A DNA stretch of 64,000 nucleotides from Squalus acanthias (taxonomy: Eukaryota): NCBI GenBank assembly GCA_030390025.1, contig CM059432.1, positions 52,826,001-52,890,000 of the forward strand. The letters run 5' to 3'. How positions within the stretch are numbered: the first letter of the stretch is position 1; every line of letters starts with the position of its first letter. Positions 11,701 to 23,700 of this stretch are shown here, piece by piece. Made by a program: the position numbers and the translations under genes. The notes under the pieces are model-generated. The model did not search any database. It had not been told where the DNA came from and saw nothing but the letters and a program-made list of their open reading frames with translations.

Positions 11701-14700
11701 CCCACTATTATTAAGGTGTCAACCATGGTTCAAGTTGGTAGCACTCTTGCCTCGAGTCAGAAGGTTTTGGGTTCAAATCCCACTCCAGAAACTTGAACAA
11801 AAAAAAAAAAAAAAATCTAGGCTGACACTCCAGTGCAGTACTGAGGGAGTGCTGCACTGTCAGAGGTGCTGTCTTTTGGACTAAACCGATGCCCTGTCTT
11901 CCCTCTCGGGTGAATGCAAAAGAACCCATGCCACTATTTCGAAGAACAGCAAGGGAGCTCTCCCCGCTGTCCTGGCCAATATTTATCCCTCAACCAACAT
12001 CACTATAGCAGATTATCTGGTTAAACATTGCTGTTCGTGGGACCTTGCTGTGTGCAATTTAGCTGCTGCATTTCCCACATTACAACAGTGATTATACTTA
12101 AAAAGTACTTAATTTGCTGTAAAGCACTTTGGGACATCCCGAGGTTGTGAAAGGCGCTATATAATTTTCTCATTTATTTACAGGCTCTCTTGTGTATGCT
12201 GGAGGTCATCTAGTTGCAGGCACAAGAATAGACAACTTTATTACAAACTGGACAGTATGTTTTTTAAATTATTTGATTTTCCTATTTACACAAAAAATAG
12301 CTATTAATGGAAACACAAATCTGGCATTTACAATGCAAAATACCTCGGGTGGATAGCACTGTCTTAAGTGTCACATCTATAATAAACCTGCTTTGATTAA
12401 ATTGCATGACCGCAACATGGTAAAAAGAAATAAGCCTCTCATGTTTGATATTTGCCAATTTTAGGAGCAGTTCATCATGTAATGGTGGTTGAAAAGGAGC
12501 CAAAATTGATCAGAATAATGTTTGGAAAGGATAATACACCTTTAACATACAATGGGAAAAACTCGATGTAAAAAAGACATTGATAGCAAATTATTAAGGA
12601 CAGTGCTTAAAATATTCCTTAAGTCACTTTGGGGTTGAAATACCTGTCTCCACTAATTTTACCAAAAAGCAGATGCAAAGTATACTAATGTCAATAATCT
12701 CTAACCTTATCCATAATACCCTCTAGATATTACTGCAAGTAAGTTTTGTTCAGGGTTAAATAATACTTTTTACTCTGCCTCTTTCTTAATGATGCACTTT
12801 AGGATTATATCCAGATTTAGCATTAAATTCCAAAGGCAAAGGCAACAATATACTTGGGGTTATTCAAAGCATATGATTAAATATAGTGCACATTTGGTTT
12901 TTAGGTACAGAGAATAATTAAATCCAGATGAAATTTCAACAACATTTCAATCCTCAAGCAACATAATATTGGGCCCAATCTTGCTGGAGTGGGGCATCTC
13001 ACGGCGTGCGCCGTTAGACAAGACTTTTTCCTGTACCCTTCAGCTCGAATATAACCTGCTGGAAGTGTGAGCTGATAACGGTGCAGCGAGGGCAACGGGG
13101 CACTTGGGGCCCTGGTGAATGACGGGACCAACAGTGTATCTCCTTAACCAATGAAATTTAAGGATTGAGAAAGAAACAGAGGAATGACGGAGCAGGAGGG
13201 TGAATTAGAGTCAAATCAGATACAGAAAGAGGAGAGGGAAAGAAAGATTGGATTGAGAGAAAAAAGGGACAAAGGTGAAAATTTAAAATTTGTAATTTTT
13301 TAAAAAAGAATTTACATCATGCAGTAATGAGACTCAAGTTTACATTGTTCCCTTTCTGGGATTGAGAGATTGATTGGCAATGCATTAACAATTATCACAC
13401 CGTTAAACGGGTTAATTATGAGCCCCAACTTTCTGCGGTGAGTTTAATGGGCAATTAATGTACAAATCCAGCAAGTATTTAAAAATAACAGGAAGGCTAA
13501 GGGCGAGATGCAGTTTGCGCGAGGCAAACTGCGGAGTGGGGTAAATTGGCCAGCAAGTTCTGGAGATTCACAACTCACTGCGCATCTCTTTTTCCTCTGA
13601 ACTTGCTGGTCCATTTGGATATTAATAATGGCGTGCATCACAGAATCACCACAATGCAGATAGAGGCCATTTCGGCCCATCGAGCCTGCACCGACACATA
13701 TCCCACCATATCCCCGTAACCCCACGTATTTAATCCCCCTAACACTAAGGGTCAATTTATCATAGCCAAATCAACCTAACCCGCACATCTTTGGACTGTG
13801 GGAGGAAACCGGAGCACCCGGAGGAAACCCACGCAGACACGGGGAGAATGTGCAAACTCCACACAGTCAGTCACCCGAGGCCGGATTCGAACCCGGGTCC
13901 CTGGCGCTGTGAGGTAACAGTGCTAACCACTATGCCACCGTGTTGCCCTTAAACTCGCCGTTATTTTTCCATGAAGATTTGGCCCAGTATGTGATTATGG
14001 CACTGATAACTTGCCTAGTTGCTTCTCTATTTGCTTGAGCTGGCTCTCTTGTTCATTGAGCTCCTTATGTTTTAGGGTCATTTCTGGTGAACCAAGATAC
14101 TTCAGCTGCAGATCCAGTTCCTGATTGACATTATTAAGCTTGATCAGAGCAGAGCGATATTGCTGGATAAGATCTACAAGAGAAACAAAACAGCTGAAAA
14201 ACACGTGCTGGAAACATATATTGTACAAAGAAACATATGAATAAAGAACTGATACATTTCTTCTGTTAAATCTGTCAGCAAGTCAATCTGCAAACTACAG
14301 TACTGTGAAAGGGTGTTAAGCTTCAAGTTTGAAGCTTTAGAATACATTTCAGCAAAGTGCACTTGTGCCTTGTACTCACAATTTCCCACGCGCTGAGTTT
14401 CTGATCACAGCTGGACCATCAGGCACCATCAAAGCATTTCCTTACAGAAATTAATGAAACATAGAGGGCCGGTCAACACAGGCCAGTCTCACACACCTTT
14501 TAGTAGGCAGAGAGAGTGGCACTGGCAAACCTCTGGAAACGAGCTGCTTGCCTATTCTCTACTGAGGAATTTTTTGTTGATTAGCATGCAAATGAACCAG
14601 GGAGTGAATCTCCTTTAGGGTGACTTAAGAGGGGTGAAAATCACCTATTATTGAAAAAAAGAAATTCTGTTTTTTTTTTAATTTGCAAGTCATGAAAAAA

Positions 14701-17700
14701 AAATCACTTCATTCAAATGTGTTAACTGAAATACATTTTAAATATTACAGTGACTGCAGCTTATAAAGCAATTATTGTTTTTCTTTGCCCTGTTTATATA
14801 TTTTTCAGTGAACCTACAATCCAGCATAAAAGTATAGTCACAAGAGGTAACTTGAATTTGCCCTCCTGTTGGGAGTTTTTCTTGCTAGTAGCACATGGTT
14901 AATATGGTGGGGGCCCCAAGATCTCTGTGCTCTAAGAATGCTGAAATTCTGTGCCAGAACAACAAATTTGGAAAGTTAACCATATACTGTTTGAAACAGA
15001 AGCATTTTTCTTAGATGAGAACAGAAAAAAGATGCTCTCATCTGAAACAGATCTAGGAGATAGAAAAGGTAATATTTTAAGTTTATGAAAATGATAGGCT
15101 CTCCCAATAGCTTAATGAGTTTATACAGTGAATAGGTAAACCACAGAGGTCAGGAAGGTGACGGGCTTGATCCACAGACTGTTCTGTTAGCAGGTATCAT
15201 CCAAAGTGGTGATAAGGTCACTTGTCTTCAGTACCCTTGGCTTGGGGGTGGGGGGTGTAATTAGCCACGGTTACCACTGACTCCTGCTGAGTGTGTGCTA
15301 AATATATACATTTCTTTTTTTCTCCCTCAGCAATTGAATAGCCTGCTGGCAAAGTTCACTCATGCAAAATGGTCACTTGGGTTAGGTCACCCAGAGCATA
15401 GTGAGTTTATATAGTGCATAGGTAAACCACAGAGGTCAGGAAGGTTTGATCCCCAGTCTGTTCTGTTAGCAGTATCATCCAGAGTGGCGATAACTTCATT
15501 AAAAAATCCTCAATCTGAGAAGAGACAGATTTTAATACATTTCCTTTAATGGTATATAGCCTGAATATTTATAACAAGCCAAATGTGAGTTACCTTATCG
15601 AATGCCTTCAGAAAATCCAAATGTGCTCTACATCTACTATATTGCTTCTATTAATAGTCAGCTATTTCTTTGAAAAACTCTACATTTGTCAAACATGACT
15701 TGCCTTGAACATGTCCTTGATTATTCATCTCTAAATGCTCACTTATTTGATCTTGAATTATATGGATTCTAAGAGTTTGCTAAAAACTGACAGACTAATT
15801 AATGTGGTAAATTGCCCAGGTATGTCATATCCACAAAAAGCAGGAGTAATGTAACCTAGCCAATTATCATCCTAAAATTCAGCAAAGTGATGGAAGAAGC
15901 CAAAAATAATACAGTAAATAGACATCGACTCATCAACTATAACTTGGCTCTAGACCCAGTCACAGCCTTGATATCAAGGCAGCATTTGACCAAATATGGC
16001 ACCAAGAACCCCAGCAAAACAGAGATGACTTGGGTCAAGGAAAAAAACTACCCAATGGCTGGAGTGATACCTGGAATAAAGGAAGATGGGTGTTGTCAGG
16101 GGATAAAGCATCGCAGGCCCAGGACATTGCTGCATGAGTTAATCAGGGAAGCATCCATTGCTCAACCATCTTCAGCTGCTTCATCAACGGCCTTTCCTCA
16201 GTTATAAAGGTCAGGAGTGGGGCTATTTGCTGATATTTCTCCATTGTTCAGCTCTATTCACAACTCAATTAATAATGAAGTTGCCCATCCGAGCCTATAG
16301 CAGGACCTGGACCAATGTTCCCTCTAAGGTGTGAGGCTGATCCAGAGGCCGCTCACCAGCTGTTGCCGCCGATAAAGATATGGGGCAACAAATTTAAAGG
16401 GGCCGCGCACAAGAAATAAATTAGAGGGAGCATTGCCCTGGACAATATTTAGGGTTGAGCTACTAAGTGGCAGGCAACATATGTGCCACCTAAGTGTGAG
16501 GCAATGACTATCTCCATCATGGCCCAACCACCTCCCCCTGACCTCCAAAAGCACCAGCATCATCACATGCTCCATCATTAACACCGAGGGTTACTGTTGA
16601 GATGTCAGCCATGCTCTGTGGTAGCACTCTCATCTCTGAGTCAGAAGGCTGCGGGTTAAAGTCCCACTCCAGAGACTTGAGCACCAAATCTAGGCCGACA
16701 TTCTGGTGCAGTACTGAGGGAGTTCTGCACTGTTGGAGGTGCCATTTTTCGTATGATACGTTAAACCGAGGCCCTGTCAGCCCTCAGGTGGATGTAAAAG
16801 ATCACCTGGCACTATTTTGAAGAAGAGCAGGGGAGTTCTCCACGGTGTCCTGGCGACTATTTATTTCTTAAAAATCATCACTGAAACAGTTCATTAGCAC
16901 ATTGCTGTTTATGGGACCTTGCTGTGTGCAATTTGGCAGCTGAGTTTCCTACTTCATTGGCTGTAAAGTGTTTTGGGACTTCATGAGGTTGTGAAAGCAC
17001 TTTATAATACAAGTCTTACTTTAGAATCAGAGCACAGAGGGAGGCTATTCAGCCCATTATGCCTGTGCCAGCTCTTTGAAAGAGCTATACAATAGCCCTA
17101 CTCCTTTGCTCTTTCCCCAGATTCCTACAAATGTTTCCTTTTTCAAGTATATATCCAATTCCCTTTAGAAAGTTACTATTCAATCTGCTTCCACTACCCT
17201 TTCAGGCAGTGCAATCCAGATCATAACTCGGTGAGTAAAAAAATTCTCATCTCCCCTCTGGTTCTTTTGCCAATTACCTTAAATCGGTGTCCTCTGGTTA
17301 CCAACCCTCTTGCCAGTGGAAACAGTTTCTCCTTATTTGCCCGATCAGAACCCATCATAATTTTGAACAACTCCATTAAATCTCCCCATAAACTTTTCTG
17401 CTCTAAGGAGAACAATCCCAGCTTCTCTAGTCTCTCCACATAACTGAAGTTGCTCATCCCTTGTATCCTTCTAGTAAATCTCCTCTGCACCCTCTCCAAG
17501 GCCTTGACATCTTTCCTAAAGTGTGGTGCCCAGAATTGGACACAGTACTCCAGCTGAGGTCTAACCAGTGATTTATTTTCTTTCTTTCTTACCATTGACC
17601 AGAAACGCAACTGGACCAGTCTATCAGAAGCTGGTTACTCTTGATCAGTGGCCCACCTTCTAACTCCTCAAAGCCTCACTACCATCTACAAGTCTCAAGT

Positions 17701-20700
17701 CAAGAGTACGAATAAATATTTGATTAGGGACTCTGCCACTGGACTCGATATCCACTACCTTCCCTCACTGTGGCTGCAGTATGTAGTATCTACACAATGC
17801 ACTGCAGCAACTCAAACAAGCTTACTTTCACAGAACCTGCCAACCCCGACATCTACCGCCGAGAAGAAAAAGAGCAGAAAGACCGTGGGAACTACATCAT
17901 CTCCAAGTTACAGGCCATCCTAACTTGCACATATACCATTCATGCATTGTTGCTGGATCAAAGTCCTGGAATTCCCTACCTAACACTACCATGGGAGCAC
18001 CATCACCAGAAGGACTGTAGCAGTTCAAGGAGAAGGCCCACCATCACCTTCACAGAACAAATAGCGATGGGCAATTAATGCAGCTATGCTGCACACTCCC
18101 CAAAGAATAAATAAAATAACTAACGATTAACAGTTTTTTTTCGCACATTATTACTCCAATCCAAATCCTGATTTATTTACTCTGCATTAAAAATTATTTT
18201 CAATGTTAAACATACCAATCTGAGAATTCAGTGCATGGTAAACCTTTGGTAGGGGAGCTCCAAACACCATTCCTCGAAGTTTGTCCATTTGCGGTGCCTT
18301 GTTTTGAAGACCTCCGAATTTTCCATTACTTCGGATTCTGTCCCCATCTCTAGTCAGCAATGTAGGGCAGTGGGTGATTTTCACAACCTAAAAAAAGGTT
18401 ATATTAGAGTGATGTTTCAAATTCCTTAGTCAGAGCTCATTTTAAAAAGCAGCACAGCATCGCCAACAAACTTCATTAGGAATTATTCATGCATCTTAAC
18501 ATAATTATTAAGCAAAACAATTAACATTTTTATTTCACAGCTTCCCAAATATTGTGAAATACTATTGCATACCTAAGTCTCAACTATGCATACACAGGGA
18601 ATGATTGAAAACCTAGAACATACCTCTTTTCTATACTGATTGGCAGCATTTAAGTCGTCCAGAATAATTGTATCCCCAAGAAGCATTCCAAACACTGAAA
18701 AACAAATTCTAATTCTAAGAGAATGTGGTGTGCTCCGCACAAGGGCAAACAATTACTTACAATTAAAAATGCTCATCACACTGGTTTACACATTACAAAG
18801 TAATATTCAACAAGTTTACCTGTAATGTTGGTGCTTTTGCTATCCAACACTAATTTATTAAGCAATATGTTATTTATAACAATTTTCACAAACTTGTATC
18901 TATGATAAAGTCTCAGTAAAGCCTGACCAACATCCTGCATAGCAGCCTCAAGGAAATTAATGCAGACAGCTCTTAACAAAAGTAGCTTCTTGTTTAAACG
19001 TAATGCCATCACAAAAACACTAGCATCTTGAATGAAAGCCAAAATAGTCAACTCTCAATTTTCAGACTGTTTATACCAACATTTGATAAAATATAGTTTA
19101 TTATAACCAGTTTGGATTAGCATGCTAACGCAGCAGGACACAAATTCCTGCTTGCACAACCCAACGTTTCGCTCCCAATCTCAGGTGAGGTGATAAAAGG
19201 CCATGCGCTTCCTCACAGGAATGAGCCTCTACTGAACAGCACTTTAAGATGCCTGGGAATAGGTCATCTATCCTCTTACCTGTGGATGTGCAATATATGA
19301 AAGGAGATGGATAGAAAATACTTCAATAAAAGTGACCCACCTTTCAGAAAAATAAAATCTACAAAATGTTACAATGGATGACTAATAGTAATTTATAAAG
19401 TGAACAATTATAGTCACCTCATACTAATAGCTTAAACATAAGTTAGTATATATACACTTTACCTGTTCGACATTGTTCCACATTTTCTGAAAAAGTAAGT
19501 AGATCCCGGGCAAATATAGGGTTTCCCTCAGGCTTGAAATGACATTTTCCATTTCGCATGTGAGGTAAAGGCCTACAATTTAAAACAGGCAGTCATTCTG
19601 AAGAACCAAGTTTATAAAACAAACAATGGTAATTTTCAAAAATAATGCAAAATAACCTTAATACATGCAGTGTTTCTTTTCTTTTCGTATTTCTTCTCAC
19701 TGCAGGGGCTAATGATGGCTTAAATTGATCTTGAGAATTTTAAAATTACTCTGATTCTCCTTTAATATCCCCAAAGGTATGAATTACTGGATTTAATTAA
19801 CTGTCAATACATGACTGTCATGCACATAGAATATACAGCACAGAAATAGGCCATTCGGCCCAACCAGTCCATTCCGGCGTTTATGCTCCACTAGAGCCTC
19901 CTCCTGTCTTTCCTTATCTAACTATCAGCATAACCCGTTATTCCCTTCTCCCTCATATGCTTACCTAACCTCCCCTTAAATGCATTTGTACTATTTGCCT
20001 CAACTACTCCCTGTGGTAGCAAGTTCCACATTCTCACCAATCTTTGCATAAAGGAGTTCTTCTGAAGTTCCTATTTGATTTCTGGGTGACTATCTTATAT
20101 TGATTGCCTCTAGTTTTGCTCTTCCCCACAAGTGGAAGCACTCTCTGTATCTACTCTTTCAAAGCTTTTCATAATTTTGAAGACCTCCATTAGGTCACCC
20201 CTCAGCTTTCTCTTTTCAAAAGAGACCCCCAGCCTGTTCATCCTTTCCTGATGGTATAACTTCACATTTCTGGTACCATCCATGTAAATCTTTTTTGCAC
20301 CCTCTCCAGTGCCTCTATATCCTTTTTATAATATAGCGACCAGAATTGTACACAGTACTCCAAGTGTGGTTTAACCAAGGTTCGATACAAGTTTAGCATA
20401 ACTACTCTATTTTTCAATTCCATCCCTCTAGAAATAAACCCTAGTGCTTGGTTTGCCTTTTTTAAATGGCCTTATTAACCTGTCTCACTACTTTTAGCAA
20501 TTTGTACTGAGATCCCTTTGCTCCTCTACCCCATTTAGATTCTTATTTTCTGAGTAATATGTGACCTCCTCATTTTTCTTACCAAAATGTAATACCTCAC
20601 ATTTATCCGTGTTGCTAATTCTTTTGCAGTCCTCCTCTGTATTGACTATCCACCACTCCACCCCGCCCCCCCCAAATTTGGTGTCATCTGCAAATTTAGA

Positions 20701-23700
20701 AATTGTGTTTTTGATTCCAGAGTCTAAATTGTTAATATAAATTGTGATTAACATCAGTCCCAGCATTGATCCTTGTGGGACCCCACTTTCCACCTTCTGC
20801 TACTCTGAATAGCTACCCTTTACCCCATAACTGAACAAGTCATAGTTTGTGTTTGTTCAAAAGTAGTTTCACTCCCCCTTAAGCTTTGCAGACAACTGAA
20901 TGAGATTTTAAACTTTTGTACTGATTCAGCTTGGTACAATATTCAGGCTGCAGCTATGGTTCAATGCTCCTTGTGTCGGTGATTGGTTCTAAAAGGACAG
21001 ATAGTAAGCCAAATCCAAATAAAAATAACTTAATTTTCAATAGGGACAAAGATAGTACAGCTAATAACACCAAGGGGACGATTTTGCCGGCGCTCAGGGG
21101 TCAGGTTTGGAGGCGGGACTGCTGGCAAAATCAAAAAGATTGGTAGCGGGTCCCGAACCCGCTTCCAACCCGCCTCCAATCAATCTTCCCGGGAGTCGGG
21201 TCCCCCGATTTGCGCAGGGACCCGACTCCTAGCGGCGGGAAGAGGATTATAGCCATTTAGCTGCTTGTTAACAGGTAGTTAACAGTCAGTTAAGAGGCTT
21301 TTTCCAATTTTGACACTTCTACTGCGGGCTTCCCGACGTCGGGAAACCCCGCCAGGGTAAGTGTGGTGTGCTGTGGGTCTACTGTAATGTTTGTGTACAG
21401 ATGACAGCTGCAGAAGTGGTGTGAAGGATCCAATGGGACACTCGTGAGTTGCAGAGGTAAGAAAATGTTGGGAAAGTCATTTTTAATGTGTTTAGAATTT
21501 TCTGTACGTGACAAGCTTTGAAGTGTTTGTATAGTCCCACCTCATTGGGAGAACCTCTGTCACCAGTGACAGATCGCTTCTGTAACCTCACCTGCAGCTG
21601 CCATCTGTTTTAGCCGAAGGAGAGTCACTAGAGAGCCTGGGTGCAAGAGCTCACCTTTGTACAGTGATTGTCAGTGTTTGCAGCACCTCAATGCTGTCAA
21701 ACACTGAAAAAATCATGTCAAAAAGAAATGGTGGTGGCCCCTTTAAGAAAACCAGCAGATGACGCGCCATCAACTGACACTGGCTTTCTCTTAATTGGCG
21801 GGCTTAATAAGGCCAATTGACGTAAAATAGCGTCTGTGCGTCAGACGTCGCTGGGGGCGGGACTAGAACCCGAAAGGCAGCAGTCCCGCCCCCAACGCGC
21901 CTCTACAGGTAAGACCCCGACCCAAGTGTCAGTACTTTGATTTTAAGAAATAGCATTAAACCCCAAATCTAAAGTTAGAATCTAACCTGAAAACTTCTGA
22001 TAGCAGTATCAACCCTAGCACTTATTCCAAAATCCAGTTAGTCAACAAGTGTTTTTGGAATTACACTCTGGTCTTGTTTTTAGTTTGTCTGCATTTTACA
22101 GCATTTTCTAGTGAATGTCTTTTAACTAAGTTAGTGATGTCTAATCAGGGGCAGAAATTTCAATTATTGATTTATACCTGTTACAATCTGGAAGATTTTT
22201 TCTATATATGGAATCGAGTGGTAGTACTTGTTGGCGCCCCTGACTTTCATCGAAGATACGTCGAGCAGCATCAGTGGTGAGAGTAACCACACAGTCCATG
22301 TCACTAGCCATATGCCAAGAGATAACCTTGGCCACCTCATCATCCTCGATCATTGCCAAGTGTGCAATCTGTGATTAAATCAAACATCAGTATTGGGTTG
22401 AGGAACTTTTTGCATCACAATAAACTGACACAATGAAAATACCACAATATTTCTGAATAATGGAGGAAAAACATACGGCAATATGCCATATTGAAAAATG
22501 CGTGCTTTGTTGGGAAAGTGAGAGTATGAGAGCACAAGCAAGAAGAGCCAGAACAGCAAAGCATCACACATGCACCCAAAATTATTCTCTTTGCCCTCTT
22601 GATTGAAAGAGAATACTGTCCTTCTGGGCTGGGCTCAACCTCATATGTTGAAGGTAAAGTAGTCCAATGCCGTTCAAATTAAATAACAAACTGGCAAGAA
22701 ACAAAATTGGGTCTACCTTTAGGTACCATTAGAACAGTCTTAACTTGATTGTCAAGGGGGGGGGGGTGGAAAGAGGAGGGAGGAGATGTGGAGGAGGAGG
22801 AAGAGGAGGCGAGGAGAAGCATAAATTAGAAATGATGACATTTCCACAAGGATGCAGGTATTGGTATCGATTAGCTTGAACTAATAATACTTAGAAGTTG
22901 AATGCTTTAGGTCAGGTGATGTGGGCAATATCTCAATACCGCAGAGAGAAATTAGTACAAAAAATATATTTAGTAAGGAATAGTTTACAATGAGGATCTC
23001 ATTTACATTAATCATACCTTTCCTAAAATGTCAGCACTGCTCCTAGAATAATTAGGCAGAGAACACGTCCTTCTGGGCAGTTTGAATATTCTGTCTCTGT
23101 CAATCTTCATCTGCTTGAGGACAGCATCAATACCTTGGAGCTAAATTGTAGAAAAAAAGGGTAATATTCACAACATTAACTGTGGTTGGGGGAGGGATGG
23201 GAAGACGAGCATCTTTAAAAAGTAAAATTACAATAAATACACATATTGCACTAAAGTCCATTACCCAGTCTAAAATGTGATCTTAAACCAATGGTAGCAA
23301 TTCAAAGTGTATGTAATAAACCAGCTACAGGGAATGAGTCTCAAAAGTTCTTGAGGATCACTAGCCTTCCTCAAAGATATAAAACTAAAAGATAGAAGAC
23401 ACACAAAATATATCCAAAAATGACTATATTTAAGGACCTTTAAAATCAGTTTTTATTGCTGATTTAAAATGTAAAGCAGGGCCAAAAAGTAGGACCTAAA
23501 AAAAAAAATCTAGTAAACTTCAAGAAAATCAATTTTAAAAAGTTTTTATTTCAAACATTGTTAAAACACAAGAAAACAAAGAAGGGATTTTACAAAAGGT
23601 AGTCAAGTGAAATATTAACTGTTGACATAGATCATGGACATCACTTTTACGGGGCTCATAATCAGACTCTCCCAGCTACAAGATAGATTTCCCCCCGAAT

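Larger units (their letters stand above)
15935..18115 (+). mobile_element. Degenerate LINE (same family as 2600-4225) interrupted by a hAT MITE, a Deu-SINE and a CR1 fragment
   Basis: RT-to-3'-end homology breaks at about 16600 (gttactgttga) and resumes at about 17589 (ttaccattgaccagaaa). Confidence 0.8.

Noticed and set aside
13880..13948. tRNA-like sequence with A and B boxes (also 38270-38340 and 11718-11790)
   Set aside because: These are SINE heads continuing into SINE bodies, not tRNA genes
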